A DNA stretch of 64,000 bases, taken from the IMG/VR virus record IMGVR_UViG_2974587864_000001. One strand, written 5' to 3'. The stretch is from a virus. Taxonomy: Duplodnaviria; Heunggongvirae; Uroviricota; Caudoviricetes; Straboviridae. The position numbers were made by a program, and so were the translations under genes. The number at the start of each line of letters is the position of its first letter. Positions within the stretch are counted from its first letter, which is position 1. This document shows positions 31,722 through 39,681 of the stretch, piece after piece. Under the pieces are notes generated by a model. The model did no database searches. It saw only the letters and a list, made by a program, of their open reading frames with translations, and was not told the DNA's origin.

Positions 31722-32225
31722 ATGGCTACAGAAAAATGGACTACGGTACACCCGATCCCGTGGCGTAACACCAGCTTTACCTATTTGCCGTGGTGGATCT
31801 TTGATATCATCGTGGCTGCGAATGCTGCAAGCGAAGACTGGCGTGATTATGCCGAAGAAAAATACGCGAAAGAATTCGACACACTGAAACAGGCGTATAT
31901 TGATTACACTGATGTTGATTTCATCGAATCTCGTAACGGTTATCTGTATAAGCTGAGTGATTTTACTCCTGCTGATCCTGTCGTAACAATTACACCGAAA
32001 ACCGCTCCTGCTGATTTCAAAGTAGGTGATGCGGATCTGGCTGCAACTGATCTGTTTACCATCGATCCTTCTGGTACAGCAATGACTCTGAGTGTTGACT
32101 CTTCCGGTCATGGTTCTATCGTTGGTGGTAAACTTCATGCGGTTAGTGAAGGTGATGTTGTCGTAACAGCAACCTCTGGATCTGTTACTGCAACTCTGAC
32201 GGTAAACGTTAAAGCTGCTGCATAA
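31722..32225 (+). CDS. hoc: Hoc-like capsid decoration protein (capsid-binding domain first, Ig domain last)
   Basis: HPIPWR...LPWW...ESRNG Hoc motif in the N-half; beta-rich Big_2-like C-half. Confidence 0.75.
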   Translation: MATEKWTTVHPIPWRNTSFTYLPWWIFDIIVAANAASEDWRDYAEEKYAKEFDTLKQAYIDYTDVDFIESRNGYLYKLSDFTPADPVVTITPKTAPADFKVGDADLAATDLFTIDPSGTAMTLSVDSSGHGSIVGGKLHAVSEGDVVVTATSGSVTATLTVNVKAAA

Positions 32226-32245
32226 TAATAACTAAGAAGGTAAAA

Positions 32246-32746
32246 ATGCTACTATTTGAATTCAATGATGTATTCGCAAAATTCAGCGATGCGATCGAAG
32301 CCAAATTTGGCAAACGTCCTCAAAACATGACAGATGCAGAATATGAAGCTGCTGTATCGTCCCTGGTTCGTACAGATTTCTATGAAAAACTGGCGATCGA
32401 GGTGTTGGGTTGGGATATGATGAAATGGGGCATGACCTATCGCGATCGCGAAGTCGGTTTTATTCTCGTCAACGAAGCAAAAAGCCCGTCCTGGGTGAAT
32501 AGTCAAAAAATCGCGTACATGGATAAAGTATGCGCACAGATGGGTATTGTACGTTTAGACTTCTGGACTTGTCGGGATCTGAACGAACTGAAAGCCCACG
32601 CTTACCGTTGCCCTCTGATCTCCCGCAATGATAAGCATCGTCAAGCATGGGATAGCGCAGGGAAATATCGTAGTGTTTTCCTGAACGACGATATGAACAT
32701 CACTATTCAGGATGTGAACCGCTCCTTTGCGGATTACACACCATAA
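32246..32746 (+). CDS. Hypothetical protein
   Basis: 166-aa ORF with SD AAGG. Confidence 0.65.
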   Translation: MLLFEFNDVFAKFSDAIEAKFGKRPQNMTDAEYEAAVSSLVRTDFYEKLAIEVLGWDMMKWGMTYRDREVGFILVNEAKSPSWVNSQKIAYMDKVCAQMGIVRLDFWTCRDLNELKAHAYRCPLISRNDKHRQAWDSAGKYRSVFLNDDMNITIQDVNRSFADYTP

Positions 32747-32751
32747 ACAAA

Positions 32752-32780
32752 AAAGGGAACCGCAATGGTTCCCTTTCTTT
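32752..32780. terminator. Bidirectional terminator
   Basis: AAAGGGAACC-GCAAT-GGTTCCCTTT between convergent genes. Confidence 0.8.
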
Positions 32781-33247
32781 TATGCAATTTTTCTGATTTC
32801 TTTCAATGCTTCTTCTTTGCTACCAACGAAGAGAATCGCTTTACCTCCGGCTTTTCTGAATGGCAACACAGCTTTTGCCCTGTCATCAATCAGTATACCT
32901 TTGTCCGCATATGCTGCTTTCTCTCCGCTGCTTTTGGTGTAGTGGAATTCAGGCAGATAACCGAACACCTTCATCAACGCTTTTCTTTTTTGTTCTGCTA
33001 CCGCATCGGAATTGTATTTCCCTACGCTGGTTAAGATCGCAACCTGACCTAAAGTTCTCAAATGACAGAACAGGTCGATGCCCTCTTGTAATGGTTCCAG
33101 ATTTTCGTAGAAGTCAGTTTGTGATATAGCCTGTTTCGCTTTTTTCAATTCTTCTTCCGGCATTCTCGCCGGGTCTCCGTACATCGGAACAAAAGAACCT
33201 TCCCAGTTGAACAGTACACCATCCATATCGAACAAAAACTTTTTCAT
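32780..33247 (-). CDS. HAD 5'(3')-deoxyribonucleotidase-like protein
   Basis: FLFDMDGVL, ILTS, K..W-equivalent KRKAL, LIDDR; start reset to ATG 33247 (SD GAGGA). Confidence 0.75.
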   Translation of the reverse strand: MKKFLFDMDGVLFNWEGSFVPMYGDPARMPEEELKKAKQAISQTDFYENLEPLQEGIDLFCHLRTLGQVAILTSVGKYNSDAVAEQKRKALMKVFGYLPEFHYTKSSGEKAAYADKGILIDDRAKAVLPFRKAGGKAILFVGSKEEALKEIRKIA

Positions 33248-33271
33248 ATCAATTCCTCGGTTTGTGTGTGC

Positions 33272-33300
33272 ATCATATTCATATATGTTCCTATTGTCAA
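33272..33300 (-). promoter_or_regulatory. Early sigma70-type promoter for the HAD gene
   Basis: Minus strand TTGACA, 17 nt, TATGAT; the -35 overlaps the kinase TGA stop. Confidence 0.8.
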
Positions 33301-34130
33301 CCCCATGTATCAGTTTTCGGTGCGTATGCTGCAACTTTAGCCACTAACTCTTTATCAAGCTGGTCAATGGATTTTTGCGGCTTGCCTTTTGCCTTAACTT
33401 TGATGTAGTTAGACTTAACAACAAACATACCGCCTTTGTCAGATTTCTTGATTTCGCTGTCGATGCCTACTTTGTTGAAGCTGATCCAGATATCGCCGTC
33501 CATGTACTGTTTCAGAGAGTCGCCCATATTCAGGATCTTCGCCATAGTGAGCGCTGCCCCTTCGTGGGTATCCATGAGGATTTCTTTAGGCACAACACGA
33601 TCGCGTTTAAGGTTCTGTTGCATCGCAATATGAACATCGTTCATAACCCAAACGATATGGATGTTTTCTTTCTGATAACCCAGCGCTTCAACATCACGGG
33701 CGATACTTGCCAGCTTGCTCATGCTTTTCAGGGTTACGTCAAAGATCAGGTTTGGTTTACGATCTTCCGGTGCTGATGTGATACCCGCGTAAACACGCGC
33801 CTGGTTTTTGTTTGATACGTTGAACACGTCCGCGATCACATGATGCAGGGTTGCTACGTTGTCCGGGTTTTTCAGGTTCATTGTTTTGACATCGTGACCA
33901 GTTTTCGCTTTGATCTCTGCTGCCAGTTTGGTACTACCCATGACCAATTTTTTGAGTGCGTCAACGTCCAGGGTGATCCCTTCGATGCCTAACAGCTTTT
34001 CGAGGGTGAACCCTTTACCAGAACCCGCACCGCCAGCCAGGATAACTACCTGACCAAATTTAGGATAAGCCTTACCGCCGAAGGTGATCAGCGCTTCATC
34101 AAGGCTCGTAAAGTCTTTGAATGATTTCAT
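33297..34130 (-). CDS. P-loop kinase (zeta-toxin/AAA_33-like) with an internal-protein-like N-terminus
   Basis: VILAGGAGSGKG Walker A, DVD, LIFDVT Walker B, KRDRVVP lid; starts MKSFKDFTSLDEA. Confidence 0.7.
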   Translation of the reverse strand: MKSFKDFTSLDEALITFGGKAYPKFGQVVILAGGAGSGKGFTLEKLLGIEGITLDVDALKKLVMGSTKLAAEIKAKTGHDVKTMNLKNPDNVATLHHVIADVFNVSNKNQARVYAGITSAPEDRKPNLIFDVTLKSMSKLASIARDVEALGYQKENIHIVWVMNDVHIAMQQNLKRDRVVPKEILMDTHEGAALTMAKILNMGDSLKQYMDGDIWISFNKVGIDSEIKKSDKGGMFVVKSNYIKVKAKGKPQKSIDQLDKELVAKVAAYAPKTDTWG

Positions 34131-34158
34131 CTTAGAACTCCAGGTGTTTATTTAAAAG

Positions 34159-34193
34159 TATTTATTGACACGGTTTATGAGTGCGTTTATAGT
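34159..34193. promoter_or_regulatory. Divergent overlapping promoters: late AATAAATA (-) and early TTGACA-17-TATAGT (+)
   Basis: TATTTATT 34159-34166; TTGACA 34165-34170; TATAGT 34188-34193. Confidence 0.7.
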
Positions 34194-34244
34194 GCAATTG
34201 TTCGACGGATAAGCCGGAAGAACTTTAACCATAAGGTAACAATT

Positions 34245-35114
34245 ATGAAAAATGAACTGCATGAATTCATCAACGCCGCTGCTCTTGGCGACCAGTCAAA
34301 ATATAAATCCCGTCGCGATACCCTGATTGACGATTTCTGTAATCTCTTGGGGTTCAAGCGCTGGCATACCCCGTCTATGCGTCCAGATTGTGATCCAAAA
34401 TGGGATTACTTCAAATGGAGTGCTCGCGATCGTGGTTACGTCGATAACGTCCGCGTAATGTCTTTCAACCACTTATACGCAAATTCAACAATTGCTGTTG
34501 CTAAACGCAACGATTCGACTTATCCGAACGGGTGGAGTGTTGCTAAAGTCATAGAAACACTTCTTCAACTGCGTCGCGAATATAAATCAGCATACCGTGT
34601 CAATCCCAATCCTATCTATAATGAATGGCAAATCGTCGCGAAATACCTGCTGAACATCACCTATTCTATTTTCTGTCGCTTCGGGACAAAAGAGATTGGA
34701 TTTGGCTCTCATGATATAATTGCAGAAGCACGTCACCGCATGATCCATGCAATCCTGAAAATTCAAAACTCTGGTGGGCTTGTTCTTGCTGTGTTCTGTG
34801 ATGAAATTGTTTACTACGGAGAACAGGTCGAAGTTGATGATGTTCATCATGAAAAATTCAAAAGATTTGTATTCGGGCAATATAACAGCTATTCATATGG
34901 AAACGATATTCGTGTGATGATGCACCCGCGCATTATGTTGGATATGGAAGGGTGGGAACCAGGTCACGGAATTGGTGATGCCGAAAGCCAACGTGAACGC
35001 CGTGTTCGTTCAGTTGCTAAAACTCGCGAATTGATGACAGGTAGCCTTACTGATTACCTGTTCAGAACAAAAGAAGACGTTGAAAAAGAATTTGTTGACT
35101 TGTCGGGCGAATAG
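34245..35114 (+). CDS. Truncated, apparently inactivated family-B DNA polymerase palm/fingers protein
   Basis: GYVDNVRVMSFNHLYANS (motif A, Asp to Ser), QIVAKYLLNITY (motif B Q-x3-K-x3-N-x2-Y), VLAVFCDE (motif C, one Asp). Confidence 0.6.
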   Translation: MKNELHEFINAAALGDQSKYKSRRDTLIDDFCNLLGFKRWHTPSMRPDCDPKWDYFKWSARDRGYVDNVRVMSFNHLYANSTIAVAKRNDSTYPNGWSVAKVIETLLQLRREYKSAYRVNPNPIYNEWQIVAKYLLNITYSIFCRFGTKEIGFGSHDIIAEARHRMIHAILKIQNSGGLVLAVFCDEIVYYGEQVEVDDVHHEKFKRFVFGQYNSYSYGNDIRVMMHPRIMLDMEGWEPGHGIGDAESQRERRVRSVAKTRELMTGSLTDYLFRTKEDVEKEFVDLSGE

Positions 35115-35123
35115 CGATAAGCT
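35095..35123 (+). promoter_or_regulatory. Possible early promoter for the ART-like gene cluster
   Basis: TTGACT 35095-35100, 17 nt, TAAGCT 35118-35123. Confidence 0.45.
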
Positions 35124-35150
35124 GTAATCTCTGAAAACAAGGAGATAACC

Positions 35151-35468
35151 ATGAATACCATTCACTGCCGCAAAGAGTTCGTTGAGTTCTATCACGGATC
35201 ATGTACTGCTGCCGGAATCGAAAGCATGTTGTTGCCTCCTTGTGATTCTGATACTCTGTCTGAAAAAGGCAGAAAGAAAAATCTGGATCGTGTTTTCTTT
35301 ACTGCTGATATCGGGCTGGCTCGTATCTATGCTGGAAGGGCTGCACGTTCAATAGGTGGTGATCCGGTACTGTATCGGGTTGTGTGTCCGGTAGATGTGG
35401 TATGCATGAACGATGACAAAGGCGCAAGCGTTTATCATGCTGCATGGGCTTTCTGTGAGGAATTATGA
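35151..35468 (+). CDS. Small ADP-ribosyltransferase-fold protein (Arr/Tpt1-like)
   Basis: FYHGS...LLPP...RVFFT.D...A.IYA..A....G.PVLYRV pattern; strong SD AGGAG. Confidence 0.55.
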   Translation: MNTIHCRKEFVEFYHGSCTAAGIESMLLPPCDSDTLSEKGRKKNLDRVFFTADIGLARIYAGRAARSIGGDPVLYRVVCPVDVVCMNDDKGASVYHAAWAFCEEL

Positions 35469-35638
35469 AAGATAAGGTGTTAGCGTATCTCGTTTTCTTG
35501 CTGGGATATCGCGTTGAAGTGATGGGTGGTTATTCTTCTTTGTATGGAGATTTAACCGCGATCTGGATGGTTGCGTTGGGGGTTATGTTTACCTTTATGG
35601 CGATCTGTATTGCGAATGAGGCTGATCAAAATGCTTGA
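35465..35638 (+). CDS. 57-aa predicted membrane protein (not in the ORF track)
   Basis: Manual translation MKDKVLAYLVFLLGYRVEVMGGYSSLYGDLTAIWMVALGVMFTFMAICIANEADQNA*; ATGA overlap with the upstream stop. Confidence 0.6.
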   Translation: MKDKVLAYLVFLLGYRVEVMGGYSSLYGDLTAIWMVALGVMFTFMAICIANEADQNA

Positions 35639-35996
35639 ATTTTATCCTGCTGGTTGCAAGTCAAATCCGCCTGATGCATCGTTCCAATCGTGGATCTATT
35701 TCCATCGTGAACTAAACGACATCATCGAAAGTCAGTGGAAAGACCATCCTGAACGAAGTGCCCCCGATTTAGTCGATAGCGTAACAGATGTACGCACCCT
35801 GGAAAAAGGGCTGTATGATTGTCTGGTTCAGGGAATGGTGTGTAAATTGATTTTGTGGTATGCTCCGATCGGTTCAGATCTAACTCGCAAAATCGCCCGT
35901 GGCTATATCATGACGAAACGTGAGTTTGACCAGATCTGGAACGAACCCGACTGTTTCGAACGCGAAAAATACGAAAATGAGGTTAGTTGCATATGA
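35631..35996 (+). CDS. Hypothetical protein
   Basis: Start ATG 35631 overlaps the previous gene end (SD GAGG). Confidence 0.6.
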   Translation: MLEFYPAGCKSNPPDASFQSWIYFHRELNDIIESQWKDHPERSAPDLVDSVTDVRTLEKGLYDCLVQGMVCKLILWYAPIGSDLTRKIARGYIMTKREFDQIWNEPDCFEREKYENEVSCI

Positions 35997-36319
35997 AACT
36001 ATTTCATGTTGTGTATGGTGGGATGAAAAATATCGACATCGCCGCGTTATCTGCTGGGATGCTGGACGAACTCGAAGCACAGATCGGGAAACGATTCAAA
36101 GCCAGTATCACCGAAACGCAAACTTTGTTTGTCGATCACCCTGCGGATATGGAAAACCTTGTCAACACTCTGGATGATCTGATGATCCCGTGTGCTGATG
36201 GTTGGAACGAAGCATCCGGTGTTCATGTAGTTGTAACTTTTGTTCTTAAAAATGTTGACAGCAGAAATGCCGAAGTGTTAGAGTTTATTCGTAAAATTGA
36301 TTCTACTAAAGGAAAGTAA
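35993..36319 (+). CDS. Hypothetical protein
   Basis: ATGA coupling to the previous stop. Confidence 0.6.
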   Translation: MKLFHVVYGGMKNIDIAALSAGMLDELEAQIGKRFKASITETQTLFVDHPADMENLVNTLDDLMIPCADGWNEASGVHVVVTFVLKNVDSRNAEVLEFIRKIDSTKGK

Positions 36320-36321
36320 CT

Positions 36322-36666
36322 ATGAAAATCGTTCAGCGTAATATCAGCGAAGTTAGCCAGCAGGAAAAAGTACAGATTCATTTCAAATTCAATGATCTGA
36401 AACTGGGCTATGCACAGATCGCCCGTGAGCACATGCTCGATAACGGCGACATTTACGTGATTGTTCAGGAAATTGAGCGAATTCGTGCTTTCCGCGCAGA
36501 AAATCCAAAAGTGAAACATGTTCTGCGTCGTGTGTATATCAACAAACATCGTGAAGAACAGCGTAAACCTAAGACCAAAGCTAAACGCGATCCGCGTCCA
36601 GATAACAAACGTAAAGCAATCAACGGCGCTATGGCGCTGGCGTTCCAGGAAGCGGGTTTGGTGTAA
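36322..36666 (+). CDS. Hypothetical basic protein
   Basis: 114-aa ORF, SD AAGGA, K/R-rich C-half. Confidence 0.65.
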   Translation: MKIVQRNISEVSQQEKVQIHFKFNDLKLGYAQIAREHMLDNGDIYVIVQEIERIRAFRAENPKVKHVLRRVYINKHREEQRKPKTKAKRDPRPDNKRKAINGAMALAFQEAGLV

Positions 36667-36675
36667 GGGGTTTAT

Positions 36676-37203
36676 ATGTCTTCAATGATGAATCGCTGGT
36701 CGGGCGTGATAACTTCGACTATCAAAAAGGATTTGGTGAAGGTTGAAGCAAAACCAAAGCCAGTAGAACCGGAAAAAGTTCAAACTATGGTATCACCCGA
36801 TCCTGCTGAGTTAGAACACCGCCGCCGCGCAAAGCAAATTGAATTCGATCTGCGTGTCGCTCGTTCATACAACAGTAAAAACGATGATGCGCGTAACCGC
36901 AACCTTCAATTTGCTCTGACGTTAAGCGACTGGGCGAAGCTAATGAGTGAACCCGTATGTTCTTACTCCGGCAGACCGTTTAGCAACAAAGGCGGTTGCT
37001 CTGACTCCCGAACAATGGAACGAATCAACGCTTCTCTGGGATACACGGTTGAAAACACGATCGCAGTAACCAGCGCCGCGAATAGCGAGAAATCAAATCT
37101 CGATGCGTTTATGAAGGGTTCTGTGATCCTTCCAGAAGTAAAACTGAAACTGTTACGCAAAGCTGCGTATCAAATTGAAAAACAACTGAAAATCAAGGGT
37201 TAA
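36676..37203 (+). CDS. Srd-like protein (degenerate His-Me-finger-like domain)
   Basis: ARNRNLQFAL...VCSYSGRPFSN...ER.N...GY...N.IAV....N resembles recalled T4 Srd AKRRSKDFNL...VCAYSGEPFDN...ERFD...GY...NVIAV. Confidence 0.55.
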   Translation: MSSMMNRWSGVITSTIKKDLVKVEAKPKPVEPEKVQTMVSPDPAELEHRRRAKQIEFDLRVARSYNSKNDDARNRNLQFALTLSDWAKLMSEPVCSYSGRPFSNKGGCSDSRTMERINASLGYTVENTIAVTSAANSEKSNLDAFMKGSVILPEVKLKLLRKAAYQIEKQLKIKG

Positions 37204-37205
37204 TT

Positions 37206-38249
37206 ATGTTTGTGAAATATTCTTCTCTGACTAACCATTATGAAGGTAAATTCATCAATGGTGTGATCATGAATGGTTTGACTGGTGGCGTGTGGGTTGC
37301 GCGTGAAAAGATCCACGGGGCTAACTTTAGCCTGATTACTTCGGACGGTATCAAAGTCATTCCGGCAAAACGTAGCGGTGAAATCCTCCCTGCTGAACAA
37401 TTCTACGGTTGCGAACCCGTAGTTGCGAAATACTCCGAACCTGTTCGTAAGATGTGGGAAATGATCTCTACTGCGCGTCAGTTAAGCGGTGAGTATAGCG
37501 ATGAACTGGTGATCCAGGTATACGGCGAATTCGCGGGGCGTGGTGTACAGAAAGATGTTGACTACGGAGAAAAAGATTTCTACGTATTTGATATCCGTGT
37601 TAATGGCGAATTCCTCCCTGATAACGTTGTTGCAAATTACGCTGTTGCTGTTGGTCTGAAAATGGCTCCACTGCTGGCATACGGTACGTTTGACGAGATC
37701 CGCGCACTGCCTATCACCTTTGATTCGGTGGTTAACCTGGCGAACTCCGGTGCGATCCCTGCAAAGAACGGCGTTGAACCTGAGTTCAAAAACTTCATGA
37801 CGCTGAAAGATGGTGAAGGTGAGAACATCGCAGAAGGTTTCGTGATGAAGCCTGTTCAACCCGCTTTCATGCCGAACGGTGAACGCGTTGCAATCAAATG
37901 CAAAACGACGAAGTTCACAGAGAAGAAGAACAAGCAAGCGAACCGCTTCAATGCTCCTTCTGAACTGTCAGAAACAGACAAAGTGAAGCTGAACGAATTC
38001 ACCTGCTACCTGACTGAAAACCGCGTGAAAAACGTTCTGTCCAAAATTGACAGCGCGAATCTCACCGCTAAAGATTTCGGTCGCGTGATGGGGCTTACGG
38101 TACAGGACGCGCTGGAAGAAATCGAACGTAACTACGGGACTTTCCTGGAACAGTTCGAAAATCCAACGCTGGCGAAGAAAACCTTCACTAACGAAGCGTC
38201 AAATCTGGTTCGTGAGAACTGGGGCGCAATCCTGAACAATGAATTTTAA
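37206..38249 (+). CDS. rnlB: RNA ligase 2
   Basis: KYSSLTNHY, REKIHGANFS motif I, VYGEFAG, FYVFDI, AEGFVMKP, AIKCK. Confidence 0.93.
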   Translation: MFVKYSSLTNHYEGKFINGVIMNGLTGGVWVAREKIHGANFSLITSDGIKVIPAKRSGEILPAEQFYGCEPVVAKYSEPVRKMWEMISTARQLSGEYSDELVIQVYGEFAGRGVQKDVDYGEKDFYVFDIRVNGEFLPDNVVANYAVAVGLKMAPLLAYGTFDEIRALPITFDSVVNLANSGAIPAKNGVEPEFKNFMTLKDGEGENIAEGFVMKPVQPAFMPNGERVAIKCKTTKFTEKKNKQANRFNAPSELSETDKVKLNEFTCYLTENRVKNVLSKIDSANLTAKDFGRVMGLTVQDALEEIERNYGTFLEQFENPTLAKKTFTNEASNLVRENWGAILNNEF

Positions 38250-38820
38250 AACTGTTCTCGAAAACGCAAAAACGGCTACCCTGATCGGTAGCCGTGAACC
38301 CCCTGAACGTATCGCGAGTATAGCCATAAAGATTGGACGTGCTTTAAGTGATCGGGGGATATTCGCTTACTCTGGTGGTGCTCCTGGAATGGATAGCCAT
38401 TTCATGTTTGACTACTCACCAGAAAGACGGCGTATAATCCTCCCTGAGAACGGTTTTAACGGGTTGTATTCGAATGGTAAGGATATCATCGACTATACAG
38501 AATACGACACGTACAAAGCCGCTGACGAAGCGAGAAAGGTAGCTGGACACTTCGACAACCAAAGCGAATGGACACAACGCCGATACGCTCGCAATTCAAT
38601 GCAGGTATTAACCGAAAACCTGGACAAACCTACAGATTTTGTTCTATTCTGGGCGGTAGAGAAAGATTTTTGTGTTAAAGGTGGTACTGCGATCGCTGCA
38701 AGGCTTGCCAGATTGTATAAAGTTCCAACGTTCAACCTTTGGAATCAAAACGTTCTGGATGAAGTCTGCGATACTTTAGGGATTAACACTAAACCTCCTA
38801 CTCTGGATTTTCTCTGGTGA
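38239..38820 (+). CDS. SLOG-superfamily (DprA/Smf/YspA-like) Rossmannoid protein
   Basis: IGSRE, YSGGAPGMD, YARNSMQV, GGTAIA motifs. Confidence 0.7.
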   Translation: MNFKTVLENAKTATLIGSREPPERIASIAIKIGRALSDRGIFAYSGGAPGMDSHFMFDYSPERRRIILPENGFNGLYSNGKDIIDYTEYDTYKAADEARKVAGHFDNQSEWTQRRYARNSMQVLTENLDKPTDFVLFWAVEKDFCVKGGTAIAARLARLYKVPTFNLWNQNVLDEVCDTLGINTKPPTLDFLW

Positions 38821-38889
38821 TAACTCCCGAACAATCACGTAATTACGAACGCCTCTCTGTTGAAGAGGCATTAAAAAAGGCGAAACATA

Positions 38890-39333
38890 ATGGTAGAAAT
38901 CAATGGAATCGGTGTGAACGCACAGGCGGGAAGCGGGACATCGTGGGTCAAACGCGAAACACAAGATGATCCCCGCTGTGGACGTAGCCCGACACTGGCG
39001 GAACGTGCGCGTAAACTGGTTGATGAAATCAACGCGAAAATGGTCGAAGCATCCCGTAAAGACATTTCCGAGTATGTCCTGAAATATCCGACTAAACAAG
39101 CATATACCTTTGATATGAAACGTTTTATCGGTAAGGTTATGGATCAGGAATGTACCGAAAAAGCATATGCGGATCTAGGTGAATGGCTGGCGGAAGAAGG
39201 GTTTACTTTCGATACCCAGCGCAACCGACAAGCTGCGTTACTCAATACCTTCGCGGGTTCGCGTCGTATTACCAACTTTAGCGATCCTAAGCGTGACGGA
39301 TATAGCGATCTGACTTATTACATCACCTGGTGA
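38890..39333 (+). CDS. Hypothetical protein (start uncertain)
   Basis: 147-aa ORF; a competing 50-codon frame 38817-38969 overlaps its 5' end. Confidence 0.5.
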   Translation: MVEINGIGVNAQAGSGTSWVKRETQDDPRCGRSPTLAERARKLVDEINAKMVEASRKDISEYVLKYPTKQAYTFDMKRFIGKVMDQECTEKAYADLGEWLAEEGFTFDTQRNRQAALLNTFAGSRRITNFSDPKRDGYSDLTYYITW

Positions 39334-39343
39334 AAATAATTCG

Positions 39344-39380
39344 AAAAACTTGTTGACGGGAGTTATGAGTGTGGTAATAT
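39344..39380 (+). promoter_or_regulatory. Early sigma70-type promoter
   Basis: AAAAACTTG-TTGACG (identical 15-mer to 30677-30691), 16 nt, TG-g-TAATAT. Confidence 0.7.
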
Positions 39381-39420
39381 AGCTCCCGTAGACAAGACAC
39401 TAACCTAAAAGGAAAACATC

Positions 39421-39672
39421 ATGGAAATCAAATTAGTACCTACTTGCGCTGGCTACTGCTTGGCACTGAATGGTGTAGCACACAACGGTAAAGGCTTACG
39501 GGCTAACGTTGAAGCAATGCTGAACGAACTGGGTGCGGTTTATGAATATGATGACGTTGCAACCAGCGTTAAAATCATAAGCCTTGAAAAAGATGGTGTT
39601 AACTGTGCGGGTTGGTGGGATTGCTACATCGACTATAGCGACAACCGGGTCTTCTTACTGACCAGCAATTAA
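39421..39672 (+). CDS. Hypothetical protein
   Basis: 83 aa, SD AAGGA. Confidence 0.65.
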   Translation: MEIKLVPTCAGYCLALNGVAHNGKGLRANVEAMLNELGAVYEYDDVATSVKIISLEKDGVNCAGWWDCYIDYSDNRVFLLTSN

Positions 39673-39681
39673 GGATCGAAC

